Counted from the first letter of the stretch, positions 34,479 through 44,440 are shown. The stretch: DNA of 64,000 nucleotides from Waddliaceae bacterium (GCA_018694295.1 JABHNK010000053.1:833-64832), one strand, 5' to 3'. The notes: generated by a model not told the origin, from the sequence alone. A program made the numbers and translations.

Positions 34479-37236
34479 AGTCTTGCTCCAACTTTTCTTG
34501 TGCTAACGTTCCCCACACGCCCCCGGAAAGGGCTGTGACTTCTAATTGTTTAAGGGCGAGCTCACGGCGTCCCTGAATTTCGTAGACCTCTGCACGAAGA
34601 TACATCGCTTTGATGCGCAGCGGCGAGATGACGTCTTCGTTGATGACTTTCGACAGCATAAGCATCGCAGTATCATATTGCTCTAAGGCGCGGTAACACG
34701 CGCTCTGCTGTATCCACAGGTCGAGGTTCTGCTCGTCGCTGAGGACTCTGTCTTGGGCGGCCTCTTCGGCGCGAAGCAAAAACTTTATCGCAAGGTCGTA
34801 GTCGTTGTGTGCCTCCATGGCAAGGCGTCCCTGTTCGTACCACGCCCTCGAGAGGTAATATCCTCGCGATATCTTCGCCGAAGAGTAATGGCCTAGCAAC
34901 GACGACAAGGCCTTCTCCGCAGAGGAATAATCTTTCATCTTGATATATGCAATGGCGAGGCTGTATTCGCTCTCTTCACGAAGGCGAGGGAAAGGCCTCT
35001 CGCCGGTGAGCGATCGCATGATATCGTCATCGCCATCAAAGACTCGGACGATGTCGTTAAGGATCTTCGCAGCACTTTCGAGGTAAAGACGTCGTGCTGC
35101 ACCTTCGGTATCATCGGCGATGATCATCTTAATCAAAGCATTTTCTAAGATGGCACGGTATCGTATCGTCGCGAAATATTCCAGAGCATCGTCGGTGATG
35201 ACGCCACTGTCGTAACACGTTTCGAAGGCGTCAGAGGCCTTCTCGAAAGAAGAAATAGCAGCTTTGTAGTCGCTAGCACGGACGATTTCGTCGTTGTCGT
35301 CGTAGTGGACGACTTTGTTGTCGAGGCCTATTAGGTAATATGCTACGATGAGGTGTGGCGTTGTGGGGAAGAGATCTTCCATAGCATATATATGTTCTAG
35401 AGCGTCGACATTGCTGCGAAGGTATTCCGCGAAAGAATAGTAAGAAAAATATGCCTCTGAGGCATGAGAGCTCGAAGGATAACATTCGAAGGCGGTACGC
35501 CGGTATTTTTTTACGATGTCATCGTCGCTATGTTGCCAGTCGGCAGCCTCTCCAGCCCAGAACCATGCATCGCCAGCAAGAGAAGATGAAGGGTAGCGCT
35601 TTGCAAGGACAAGGAAGGTCTTCTCGGCATCTTCATGGGCGCCGCTGTGGAAATAGTGTGTGCCAAGAAGACTCAACGCCATAGGAGCAAAAGCACTGTC
35701 TGGGTATTCTGCGACGGTACGCTCGAGAGCATCGACGACAAGAGAACTCGATGCCTCCGCATCCTCAAGATGGTATGCTACGAAACCTTGAAGATATAGA
35801 ACCTCGTCGCGGCAATCAATAGCATCGAAGAGGTCGGCGCTGGAGACAAGACGCTCGAGAGCTTCAGCGGCAGAAAGGCGCGTCGCGCTAGTGCCACGAG
35901 AGAAATTCGCCTGCGCAAGGTATTTCAAGGCAAGGGCGGCTTTTTCTTTGTCGCTGTCGACGAGGATGTCGTACGCCTTGCCAAAAGCCTCTATGGCGTC
36001 GTCACAGAGATTATGCCACGAAGACCCGCCTTCGAGGTATTCTTTGAAGTCGTTGAGACCCCGGTAATACCAGCCTAAGCCGTATAATGGCGATGCCGAA
36101 AAACTGTCGTCGGTAAGGCTGCGATATATATCGGCACGGGCATTGTATGACTTCGCCGCCTCACCACGGAGAAGCAAAGCCTCGGCAGCAGTATCTCGAG
36201 AAAGAAAAAGACCGTCGTGGGATAGAATCTCCTCGATACGGGCGCTGTCGCTTTCATCGCCGAGAAGATCTTTACGGAGAAGGTATATCCTCGCAAGAGC
36301 AAGGTATGCGCGTTCGTCGCCATTGTGGGCGGCGAGCTTCTCGAAAACCTCTATGGCATTGCTGAGCGACACAGAACGCGTTGTGATATCGTCGTTGCCC
36401 TCTTCCCCGAGCTTAAGATAACACCACCCTATATTATAAAGGGCGTTGGAATGCCAGTCGGCAAGCTCGTAGTTTCGATGTGGGACGGCACTGCTGTACC
36501 ACTCTACAGCTTCAGAATACCTGCCGCTTCTGAACGCTATCTCGCCAAGGATATACGACGCTTCATAGCTAAGAGCGTCGCGGGAGGGAAGGACTTCAAG
36601 CAAAGCCTCTAAAACCTCGACGGCATTGTCGGGGTTGCGATCGATAAGGTGTATCCTCGCAAGGTATATCTGCGCACGATGATAGTATCCGTTGTCGCCG
36701 CCTTCAGAATATTTTATATTGCGAAGATGACGCCTTGAGAATGTCATCTTGCCGAGTTTGTAATATGAGAAACCAAGAAGCCACTGAGCTTTGTCATAGT
36801 TGAGAAGAGCTTCACGAGGACCAAGGTTTAGGTACGACACTAATACCGATACGGCTTGTGCATAGTCGCCACGATGATGATACGCGCTGCCCTGTAATAA
36901 CAACGCCTTAGCATGGTACTGCTCGTCAGAAAAATCTGCGCGGGCAATGACGTCAAGAGCATCGCGATACTCGTCGGAAAGATAATATGACTCCGCAAGA
37001 AGATACCGTACCATGTCATAGAAAGCATGTTTTTTGGAAGACTCCACCGAAACATCGAGAGAGCCTAAAACTTTATTGTATATAAGAGCAGCGTCGGAAT
37101 AAAGGCCCGCACTAGAAAAGCGATGCGCACGAAGAAGATCTTCGTCGTATGAAGAAACGCCGCTGTCAGCTATTACCGCTGACAACGCTGATAATGACAA
37201 AACCACAAAAAAACATGTCTTCCGCAAAAAAACCAT
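34465..37236 (-). CDS. secreted tetratricopeptide-repeat protein
   Basis: 923 aa. Signal peptide, then many TPR-like A..Y/W..G..Y...A helical pairs. First gene of the exbBD operon. Confidence 0.8.
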   Translation of the reverse strand: MVFLRKTCFFVVLSLSALSAVIADSGVSSYDEDLLRAHRFSSAGLYSDAALIYNKVLGSLDVSVESSKKHAFYDMVRYLLAESYYLSDEYRDALDVIARADFSDEQYHAKALLLQGSAYHHRGDYAQAVSVLVSYLNLGPREALLNYDKAQWLLGFSYYKLGKMTFSRRHLRNIKYSEGGDNGYYHRAQIYLARIHLIDRNPDNAVEVLEALLEVLPSRDALSYEASYILGEIAFRSGRYSEAVEWYSSAVPHRNYELADWHSNALYNIGWCYLKLGEEGNDDITTRSVSLSNAIEVFEKLAAHNGDERAYLALARIYLLRKDLLGDESDSARIEEILSHDGLFLSRDTAAEALLLRGEAAKSYNARADIYRSLTDDSFSASPLYGLGWYYRGLNDFKEYLEGGSSWHNLCDDAIEAFGKAYDILVDSDKEKAALALKYLAQANFSRGTSATRLSAAEALERLVSSADLFDAIDCRDEVLYLQGFVAYHLEDAEASSSLVVDALERTVAEYPDSAFAPMALSLLGTHYFHSGAHEDAEKTFLVLAKRYPSSSLAGDAWFWAGEAADWQHSDDDIVKKYRRTAFECYPSSSHASEAYFSYYSFAEYLRSNVDALEHIYAMEDLFPTTPHLIVAYYLIGLDNKVVHYDDNDEIVRASDYKAAISSFEKASDAFETCYDSGVITDDALEYFATIRYRAILENALIKMIIADDTEGAARRLYLESAAKILNDIVRVFDGDDDIMRSLTGERPFPRLREESEYSLAIAYIKMKDYSSAEKALSSLLGHYSSAKISRGYYLSRAWYEQGRLAMEAHNDYDLAIKFLLRAEEAAQDRVLSDEQNLDLWIQQSACYRALEQYDTAMLMLSKVINEDVISPLRIKAMYLRAEVYEIQGRRELALKQLEVTALSGGVWGTLAQEKLEQDYVFF

Positions 37237-37488
37237 ATAACGAAGATCCTTTGATTACAAAACACCTTATAACAACATTTCAAATAAAATGCACTTTTCT
37301 ATGAAAAATTATAAAATCACCGAAAAACAGCGATAAAACCCGGAATTTCAGGTAAAAATTAAAGAAAATGCTATATTTTTAAAAAAAATGTTGCACAATA
37401 TATTCAAAAGGGATTATTTAATAAATAAATTGTTTGATAAAGTTATCAAACCTAAAATGCACCAACTCTAAAAGGAGGAGTTTAAATA

Positions 37489-38088
37489 ATGGCATTATCA
37501 ACAACAATAAAAAAGCTTAAGGACCTTCTTGTAAAGGCCGTGGCTGATTTGGAAAAAGCCGACAACGGTAATAAGGCTGCTTCACAGCGTGTCCGTACAG
37601 GCACTGTTAAGCTCGAAAAGATAGCAAAGCTCTATCGCAAAGAGTCTATCAAAGAAGAAAAGAAGCCGGGCAAGAAGAAAAAAAAGAAGGCTCCAGCTAA
37701 GAAGAAAAAAGCAGTAAAGAAAAAAGTAGCAAAGAAAAAAGCTCCAGCTAAGAAGAAAAAAGTTGTAAAGAAAAAAGCTCCAGCTAAGAAGAAAGTCGTA
37801 AAGAAAAAAGCTCCAGCTAAGAAGAAAAAAGTAGTAAAGAAAAAAGCTCCAGCTAAGAAGAAGAAAGTTGTAAAGAAAAAAGCTCCAGCTAAAAAGAAGA
37901 AAGTCATAAAGAAAAAAGCTCCAGCTAAGAAGAAGAAAGTCGTAAAGAAAAAAGCTCCAGCTAAGAAGAAAGTAGTAAAGAAAAAAGCTCCAGCTAAGAA
38001 GAAAGTCGTAAAGAAAAAAGTTGTAAAGAAGAAAAAAGTAGTAAAGAAAAAAGCTACAGCTAAACTTCCAAAGAAAAAGAAGAAGTAA
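37489..38088 (+). CDS. hctA: histone H1-like nucleoid protein Hc1
   Basis: The N-terminal 60 aa match chlamydial Hc1 (..KGNKAA.QRVRT..KLEK.AK.YRKESIK.EK). The C-terminus is about 10 tandem KKAPAKKKKVVKK units. Confidence 0.92.
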   Translation: MALSTTIKKLKDLLVKAVADLEKADNGNKAASQRVRTGTVKLEKIAKLYRKESIKEEKKPGKKKKKKAPAKKKKAVKKKVAKKKAPAKKKKVVKKKAPAKKKVVKKKAPAKKKKVVKKKAPAKKKKVVKKKAPAKKKKVIKKKAPAKKKKVVKKKAPAKKKVVKKKAPAKKKVVKKKVVKKKKVVKKKATAKLPKKKKK

Positions 38089-38120
38089 AGCAATAATTTT
38101 CTTTAGCAGATAAAAGATAA

Positions 38121-38145
38121 GGGAGGCGATGCCTCCCTTTTTTTT
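38121..38145 (+). terminator. rho-independent terminator of hctA
   Basis: GGGAGGC/gat/GCCTCCC followed by T8. Confidence 0.85.
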
Positions 38146-38183
38146 GTGTGCAGTTTTTTCGATAACAGTCTATAATATATGCC

Positions 38184-39599
38184 ATGGGACGCAGAAAAAA
38201 AAAAGAAGCCATTATTGATATCGTCGCTTTTTCCGGCAAAGGAAATGGCTTGGGATATTATATCAATGTCCGCAACGAAGAATGTCCTGTAGAAGTCCGC
38301 GGCGCTGTTCCTGGCGACGTCGTCAAGGTTGTCTTGGCTCGTAGGGTAAAGAGGCGATATATCTCCAGTGTAGAAGAATTTATCACGATGTCACCGGAAA
38401 GAGAGCCTCTACGATGTAAACACGCAGGCGTGTGCGGCGGCTGTAGCATGCAGCATGTGCCATATCATCGACAGACAAACCACAAAGAATCCGCCGTCCG
38501 TGAGCTTTTTTCTGGATATTCTGATACCGCAGTTTTCCATGACATCATTCCATGTGAAGATCCATGGTATTACCGTAATAGGATGGACTTCTCGTTTTCA
38601 CAGGACGCCGCAGGAGAGAAATTCGCCGGACTTATGATGCCTATGGCGAAGGCGCGCGTTGTCGATATCGAAGAATGCTATATCACAAGCAGATGGTGTG
38701 TCGAGGCCCTAGACGCCGTACGGCAGTGGTGGAAAAACTCCGACCTAGAGGCATATTACCACCCAAAAGATAAAGGAACGCTTCGAGAAGTGATGTTCCG
38801 CGAAGGAAAAAATACCGGCGACAGGATGGCTGTCCTTACCGTCTCAGGGAACCCCGACTATGCCCTCGTTCATGATGATATCGCCGCCTTCGTCGAGGCT
38901 ATACGCGCCTCTTGCGAAGATGAAAACCACAAAGTCAGCATCTTCATACGCATACAACAGCTCGTTGCTGGAAAACCAACAGAATTCTATGAGATGCACC
39001 TATATGGCCCTGAATACGTCCGTGAGATCCTTGACGTCGGAGACAGGGGAGCGATAACGGTTAACATCAGCCCAGCAGCGTTTTTTCAGCCAAACACCAT
39101 CCAGACCGAGAAACTGTATGCCCTAGCCCTAGAACACGCCGATATCACCGAAGAAGACGTCGTATACGACCTATACTGCGGCACTGGAACGATAGGGCTA
39201 TGTGTGTCGAAAGCTGCCAAAAAAGTCGTCGGCATAGAACTTTCCCCTGAAGCCGTTCTCGATGCTCGTGAGAATATCAAAGACAATAACATAGAAAATA
39301 TGGAAGTGATACAAGGCGATGTCGGAACAGCCTTGGCAGACGTCGACGACAATGTCGATGTCGTCATCGTAGACCCTCCGCGTTCAGGCCTCGATGAAGA
39401 TGCCATCGCCAATATCTTACGGCTACGCCCAAAAAAAATCGTCTACATCTCATGCAATCCAAAAACACAGGCAAAGAACGTCGCCGATATCGTTGCAGAA
39501 GGGTATTCATTGACGTCAATACAGCCCATAGACCAGTTCCCCCATACACCACATATTGAGAATATAGTAATAGCGGACAGGAAAAACATTGATCATTGA
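38184..39599 (+). CDS. rlmD: 23S rRNA (uracil-5)-methyltransferase, RlmD/RumA family
   Basis: TRAM-like N-terminus, Fe-S cysteines CKHAGVCGGC, SAM fold DLYCGTGTIG, catalytic YISCNP. Confidence 0.88.
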   Translation: MGRRKKKEAIIDIVAFSGKGNGLGYYINVRNEECPVEVRGAVPGDVVKVVLARRVKRRYISSVEEFITMSPEREPLRCKHAGVCGGCSMQHVPYHRQTNHKESAVRELFSGYSDTAVFHDIIPCEDPWYYRNRMDFSFSQDAAGEKFAGLMMPMAKARVVDIEECYITSRWCVEALDAVRQWWKNSDLEAYYHPKDKGTLREVMFREGKNTGDRMAVLTVSGNPDYALVHDDIAAFVEAIRASCEDENHKVSIFIRIQQLVAGKPTEFYEMHLYGPEYVREILDVGDRGAITVNISPAAFFQPNTIQTEKLYALALEHADITEEDVVYDLYCGTGTIGLCVSKAAKKVVGIELSPEAVLDARENIKDNNIENMEVIQGDVGTALADVDDNVDVVIVDPPRSGLDEDAIANILRLRPKKIVYISCNPKTQAKNVADIVAEGYSLTSIQPIDQFPHTPHIENIVIADRKNIDH

Positions 39600-39635
39600 T
39601 CATTGATCATTGAGCATTGAGCATTGATCATTGTG
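39587..39635. repeat. heptanucleotide tandem array (CATTGAK)x7
   Basis: CATTGAT x3, CATTGAG x2, CATTGAT, CATTGTG. Contains the stop codons of both convergent genes. Confidence 0.9.
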
Positions 39636-40551
39636 CGTTGGCGCGGCGTTTTTTTGGAGTCTTGCGACGCGTTCTCTTCTTGATGCCTTGTCGACCATTG
39701 GCGATCTCGTGTAGATTCTGTATGGCGATGAATGCCGAAGGGTCTTCACGATATACCACCTTCTTAAGCTCGGCGAGCTGAAGACGCTCGACAACGACGT
39801 ATATTATCTCACGGTTTTTATTAGAAAAACCACCCCTACCATACATTATAGTAAGACCGAGGCCAAGTTCGTGGATTAGAGCGTCGGAGATGACTTTTAC
39901 CTTGCTAGAGATGATGTTTACCGACTTCGTCTCCTCAAGGCCTACAATGACGGTGTCCATCACCTTCATAGCAACGAAATAGGTCATAAGAGATAAAAAA
40001 GGAGGACGCCAGCTGCGGAAGACGATTCCTGCCAATGCGAAGATAAGGAGGTTTATGGCGAAGACAACCTGTCCTACAGTGAAACCTTTTCGGCTGTTAG
40101 CAATGATTCCTAAGATCTCAGTGCCGTCGAGACACCCACCCATCCTGATGATAAGGCCGAGGCCAGCGCCGAGAGAGACGCCACCGAGGATTACGATCTC
40201 AAGGGCGTCGCCTCCAACAAAAGGCGCTTTGCCATGGAGAAAGAAAAGAAAACCCGCGAACATCAATACCGCTGCGATCATATGTATGACGAAGGTCTTG
40301 CTGATGTTCTTATATGCGAGATATAAAAAGGGCATATTTAGAAGAAGAAGAAAATATGGGATGAATTGCTGTCCGAAAAGCTTGCCGAAAATCATGGCAA
40401 TACCAACGATACCGCCGTCAATAAGATCGTTGGGAACGAATATTATCTCTATAGATATCGCCGCTAATAAAGCCCCAAGAGCTGTAAAAATTACAGAATA
40501 AAAATATGTCGTAAACGACTTCCCGGTAGTGATACGCGATTTTGTTGCCAT
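39628..40551 (-). CDS. YitT family membrane protein (DUF2179)
   Basis: Five or six TM helices followed by a soluble C-terminal domain, as in the YitT family. Confidence 0.8.
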   Translation of the reverse strand: MATKSRITTGKSFTTYFYSVIFTALGALLAAISIEIIFVPNDLIDGGIVGIAMIFGKLFGQQFIPYFLLLLNMPFLYLAYKNISKTFVIHMIAAVLMFAGFLFFLHGKAPFVGGDALEIVILGGVSLGAGLGLIIRMGGCLDGTEILGIIANSRKGFTVGQVVFAINLLIFALAGIVFRSWRPPFLSLMTYFVAMKVMDTVIVGLEETKSVNIISSKVKVISDALIHELGLGLTIMYGRGGFSNKNREIIYVVVERLQLAELKKVVYREDPSAFIAIQNLHEIANGRQGIKKRTRRKTPKKRRANAQ

Positions 40552-40681
40552 AATATAGCCCTCCTAATCTTCACAGGAAAATACACCACGAGAAGACATT
40601 TGTACAGAAAATTCTTTCGGAAATAAAACATTATTACCCATAATCATGGATACAGCGATATGAATAATGAACAGGTGATTT

Positions 40682-40727
40682 CTATACGCTATACGCTATA
40701 ACTATACGCTATAACTATACGCTATAA
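40682..40727. repeat. CTATACG/CTATAA short tandem repeat array
   Basis: CTATACG CTATACG CTATAA CTATACG CTATAA CTATACG CTATAA, immediately beside tRNA-Asp. Confidence 0.8.
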
Positions 40728-40733
40728 AAAGAT

Positions 40734-40807
40734 CGCGGGAGACGAGAATCGAACTCGCAACTTCCGGCGTGACAGGCCGGTGCTCTAACCAATTGAACTA
40801 CTCCCGC
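40734..40807 (-). tRNA. tRNA-Asp (GTC)
   Basis: Acceptor GCGGGAG/CTCCCGC, anticodon loop CTGTCAC, T-loop TTCGATT. Confidence 0.9.
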
Positions 40808-40821
40808 TAAGGAAAATTTTT

Positions 40822-40894
40822 TGGGCGCAACAGGACTTGAACCTATGACCGCCTGTGTGTAAAACAGGAGCTCTACCAACTGAGCTATGCGCCC
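40822..40894 (-). tRNA. tRNA-Val (TAC)
   Basis: Acceptor GGGCGCA/TGCGCCC, anticodon loop TTTACAC, T-loop TTCAAGT. Confidence 0.9.
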
Positions 40895-41042
40895 TTAAAA
40901 TAAGAATAGACTGTAACAAAAATCCTAATTTTAACAAAGGAAAAACGTATGTAACACGAGATTTTTTTAGGGGAAAGAAAAAGGCCTCCGTCATACTGAT
41001 GCTGGAGACCTTGTATATACTATATTTTTTCTGAAGATATCG

Positions 41043-41417
41043 TTATGCGATGTTCAACGATTCGCCGAGCTTCTTAGCATGGGAGAATGCATAGGTTTTG
41101 ACACAGGATGTGACGAAGCCCTTTATCCCAGTAAGATTCTCTATAGAAGCCAAGAGAGTGAGGAAATCATCCATAGGAGGGTTGGAGAACTCAGCGATGA
41201 CACCAGAAGTTATGATGTTGACGAGTTCGTTCATCTCAGGAGATTGCTCAGAAAGCTCTTTCTCAATGTTAGTGTCGCACATCTCGGTAGCGAGCTTTTT
41301 AGGTGTGGCATTGTGGTCTTCGGTAAGAGTTTTACCAATTTCCATTATGATAGCCTTTATAGCAGAAGAAACGAGGTATTCTTCGGATATAGACTTTTCT
41401 TGTTCTGTAGAAGGCAT
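41043..41417 (-). CDS. hypothetical acidic protein
   Basis: 124-aa ORF with no recognisable motif. Coding is inferred from ORF length and the absence of a competing frame. Confidence 0.4.
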   Translation of the reverse strand: MPSTEQEKSISEEYLVSSAIKAIIMEIGKTLTEDHNATPKKLATEMCDTNIEKELSEQSPEMNELVNIITSGVIAEFSNPPMDDFLTLLASIENLTGIKGFVTSCVKTYAFSHAKKLGESLNIA

Positions 41418-41532
41418 AAAAAAACTCCTTTTTATATGGTAAGGTTTGTGGCCTCGGGTTTTATAAGTGATATGTCTTACTTATAATACATATACCATAC
41501 GAATGTTTTTTGTGAATCTTAATCTTAAATAT

Positions 41533-42225
41533 TTATATTTTTTTTGAAGTGCTATGCGATAGCCTTCTTAATAATGGTATCGACATAGCAAGAACCCACG
41601 CAATAGCGGCGAAACAAAGGCCTCCGAAAAAAACGTCGCTGAACCAGTGAGACCCAGCAATAATGCGAGGCAACGCAAGGAACGTATACAATATAGTGCT
41701 GACTATAGCGACAGGACGACGAAAATGCGACCACGAAAAGAAAGATACTATAAACAGCGACGTCGCATGGTCGGCAGGGAAGCTGTTATATGAAAAGACC
41801 TTGTTATTAAGGTACGGGAAGATAGAAAGGTCGACGGAAACAGGAAGCACAAGCGAAGGGCTCTGACGGGAGAGGCGTAATATCTTGAGACACAACGTTT
41901 TATTGACGAAGACCTGGATAGCAGCGATGTACAGCAGCAAAAACAGCAGTTGTTGTAGGCGTTGACGTCGCGATACCTCGCCCTTGATGATGCAATGTGC
42001 AAGATATACACCGACGGCGATGCCTTCGAACATCCAGTCGGCATATCGAGAGTTAAGCCAAGCGAAGAATTTCTGCATGCCAACGTGTCCTACAAGAGAG
42101 CCGTTGAGAGATAAGAAAACATTTCTGTCGATATAATCCCATATGCTGCGCGTAATAGGGACAAACCACGATGCCACGAAGATGGCTATGATGATAAAAA
42201 AGATATATAAGCGCTTGTTATTCAT
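41533..42225 (-). CDS. PAP2 superfamily membrane phosphatase
   Basis: Polytopic. PAP2 motifs SFPADHAT (PSGH-like) and GSHWFSDVFFG (SRxxxxxHxxxD-like). Confidence 0.75.
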   Translation of the reverse strand: MNNKRLYIFFIIIAIFVASWFVPITRSIWDYIDRNVFLSLNGSLVGHVGMQKFFAWLNSRYADWMFEGIAVGVYLAHCIIKGEVSRRQRLQQLLFLLLYIAAIQVFVNKTLCLKILRLSRQSPSLVLPVSVDLSIFPYLNNKVFSYNSFPADHATSLFIVSFFSWSHFRRPVAIVSTILYTFLALPRIIAGSHWFSDVFFGGLCFAAIAWVLAMSIPLLRRLSHSTSKKI

Positions 42226-43201
42226 GATATTTTTTTTGTTTCTTTCGCCACGCCAATGTTATTTCTTCTAAAAACACAGCATCATTGTCTGGCTGCATTT
42301 TAAGAAGAGACTCCTTGCTGTCTGCATCGTCGTGGAATAAAAATACTACTATGCCTTTAAGCTTGTTGATACGGATACGTCGCGACATATTCCCCGGGAA
42401 AAGACGGAGCACCTCATGGAGAAAGAGTATCACATCATCATGGTCTTTATGATATGGCGTCGATGAGAAAGCACGGCGTATGTCGTGGAATATCCACGGA
42501 TTCATAAGCGCCCCTCTTCCCACCATGATACCATCACACCAAGAAGCTTCTACCATAGCAACAGCATCACTATTATATATAATGTCACCATTACCAACAA
42601 CAGGTATCGACACCGATGCCTTCGCAATAACAAGACGCTCCCAGTGCGACGGCAAAGAGTATCCTTCTTTTTTCGTCCGTGGATGGACGATTATGAAGCT
42701 GGCGCCGCTGTCTTCGGCAGCATGAAGGTTTTCTTTGAAGAGGACATCGTCGTTGAAGCCGGCACGCATCTTTATCGAGACGGGGATCTCTACAGCATTG
42801 ACGACAGCATTGGCGATGTTATAGAGCTTCGTAGGGTCTTTTAGGATCACAGACCCAGCGTTTCTGCCGACGACAGTATTAGAAGGACATCCTACATTGA
42901 TGTCGATACGCGGAGCGCCACGACCCTCAAGCTCTGCGGCCATAGAGGCCATAAGGACAGCATCGCCGCCCATGATCTGTGCAGCACAAGGTATGTCGCC
43001 GAGCTGATGAGCATCGTATTTCTTTGCGAGGCTCTTAACATGGGCGTTGCTAGGGACGCGCATAAACGGTGTCGTCGCTTCGTCGTAGCCGCCGAAGACC
43101 TTGGTAAACGCTTTCCTGAACGATATATCGCCAAGACCTTCCATCGGCGCCAGGAAAAGCCTAGGACAGCGCCCGTCAGGCCTCCAATAAGAATGCGTCA
43201 T
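42218..43201 (-). CDS. tRNA-dihydrouridine synthase
   Basis: LAPMEGLGD N-terminus, INVGCP catalytic Cys loop, TIM-barrel length. Confidence 0.9.
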   Translation of the reverse strand: MTHSYWRPDGRCPRLFLAPMEGLGDISFRKAFTKVFGGYDEATTPFMRVPSNAHVKSLAKKYDAHQLGDIPCAAQIMGGDAVLMASMAAELEGRGAPRIDINVGCPSNTVVGRNAGSVILKDPTKLYNIANAVVNAVEIPVSIKMRAGFNDDVLFKENLHAAEDSGASFIIVHPRTKKEGYSLPSHWERLVIAKASVSIPVVGNGDIIYNSDAVAMVEASWCDGIMVGRGALMNPWIFHDIRRAFSSTPYHKDHDDVILFLHEVLRLFPGNMSRRIRINKLKGIVVFLFHDDADSKESLLKMQPDNDAVFLEEITLAWRKKQKKYHE

Positions 43202-43893
43202 TGCTTTTCCCCGCGGAGCATATGCCTCTTGGACCCAAAGCCACCGGCCTTTTCGACGTCAAAGCCTGCTAATGATAAACCTTCACGGATACAACGCGCA
43301 CAGGTGAACGTCGCAAAGGTTCCGCCGGCTTTCGTTGTTGTCCCTACTTTATTTAAAACAGCGTCTGACCACATCTCGGGGTTTTTCGCCGGAGAAAAAC
43401 CGTCGAGGAACCACGCATCAACGCTGCCGGCTTCGATGATATCGAAACTTTCAAGGACGTCGCCGAAGAATAGCGTCAGCGTAACATTGTTCTCGAAGGC
43501 GATGTCACACACGCCAGTCTCGGGAGTGTCGGGATAAAGTTCTAACAGCGGACCGGCATTAGCGATTTCAGGGATAGAACTATATACCTTCGCAAGGTTT
43601 TTCTTGCTGAGAGGGAACCTTTCTGCAGAGATATATCGCAGCGAAGCATCTCCAGGAGCGATGTCCTTCCACAGATTATAGGCACCGAGAAAGTTTAGCC
43701 CAGATCCAAAACCCGTCTCAGCTATTGTGAAGGTAGAACACTGCTTCCAGCGTTTATGAAGGTCGTTGCCTTTCAAAAAGACGTGCTCCGTCTCGGCAAG
43801 GCAGTCTCCAGCAGAGAAATATATGTCGTCGAAGAAAGCTGAACGTGGAGCACCATCGTCGCTCCATATTATGTCATCGTTGTTATAATCCAT
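43198..43893 (-). CDS. mnmC: tRNA mnm5s2U34 methyltransferase, MnmC methyltransferase domain only
   Basis: Colinear with the E. coli MnmC N-terminal domain: FDDIYFS, ETGFGSGLNF, DAWFLDGFSPAKNPEMW, GGTFATFT, GFGSKRHML. Confidence 0.88.
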   Translation of the reverse strand: MDYNNDDIIWSDDGAPRSAFFDDIYFSAGDCLAETEHVFLKGNDLHKRWKQCSTFTIAETGFGSGLNFLGAYNLWKDIAPGDASLRYISAERFPLSKKNLAKVYSSIPEIANAGPLLELYPDTPETGVCDIAFENNVTLTLFFGDVLESFDIIEAGSVDAWFLDGFSPAKNPEMWSDAVLNKVGTTTKAGGTFATFTCARCIREGLSLAGFDVEKAGGFGSKRHMLRGEKQ

Positions 43894-43897
43894 AATT

Positions 43898-44440
43898 CTA
43901 TAAAAAACCCATGATTTTAGCTTTTAGATAAAGAGATAAAGACTTTCCATCAACAACGACACCTTCTTTGATGGCAGACTCGAATTCTTCGGGAGACATA
44001 ATGACAACCTCTATTATCTCCTCTTCAGGGCCTTCGAGCTTCTTGGGAGATAACTCCTCGGCGATAAAATCATACTCTTTGTGGTTACAATATCCCGGAG
44101 AAGGAAAATGATACCCAAGAGACGTCCATTTCTTCGCCTCATAGCCGACCTCTTCGCAGATCTCCCGCTTCGCACAGTCGAGAGGGGACTCTCCTTCTTT
44201 GTCCATAGTACCAGCAGGGAACTCAAGGACGATGTCATCGACACCAGCGCGATATTGCTTCGTGATGATAAGCTTGCCTTCGGCAGTGATAGGCATGAAA
44301 ACAACAGAACCGCGATGCTCTACGATAGTACGTGTTACAGTGACATCTCCTGGCTGCAACACAGAATATTCCGCGACGTTGAAGACTTTCGTCTCCAAGA
44401 TCTTCTTCTGTGCCAACATAATAAAATCTTCTGCTTTCAT
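43898..44440 (-). CDS. NUDIX hydrolase (ADP-ribose pyrophosphatase-like)
   Basis: Nudix box GTMDKEGESPLDCAKREICEEVGY. Confidence 0.88.
   Translation of the reverse strand: MKAEDFIMLAQKKILETKVFNVAEYSVLQPGDVTVTRTIVEHRGSVVFMPITAEGKLIITKQYRAGVDDIVLEFPAGTMDKEGESPLDCAKREICEEVGYEAKKWTSLGYHFPSPGYCNHKEYDFIAEELSPKKLEGPEEEIIEVVIMSPEEFESAIKEGVVVDGKSLSLYLKAKIMGFL

Noticed and set aside
37735-38010. Regularly spaced 33-39-bp direct repeats that could look like a CRISPR array
   Set aside because: The units are contiguous with no unique spacers and lie inside the hctA coding frame. No cas genes are present. The heptamer arrays also lack spacers.
37632-38093. 153-aa minus-strand ORF (F/T/A/G-rich) opposite hctA
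   Set aside because: It is an antisense reading of the lysine-codon tandem repeats. It is low complexity, and hctA on the plus strand has a clear homologue, RBS and terminator.
40785-40994. 69-aa minus-strand ORF
   Set aside because: It is fully overlapped by the tRNA-Asp and tRNA-Val genes.
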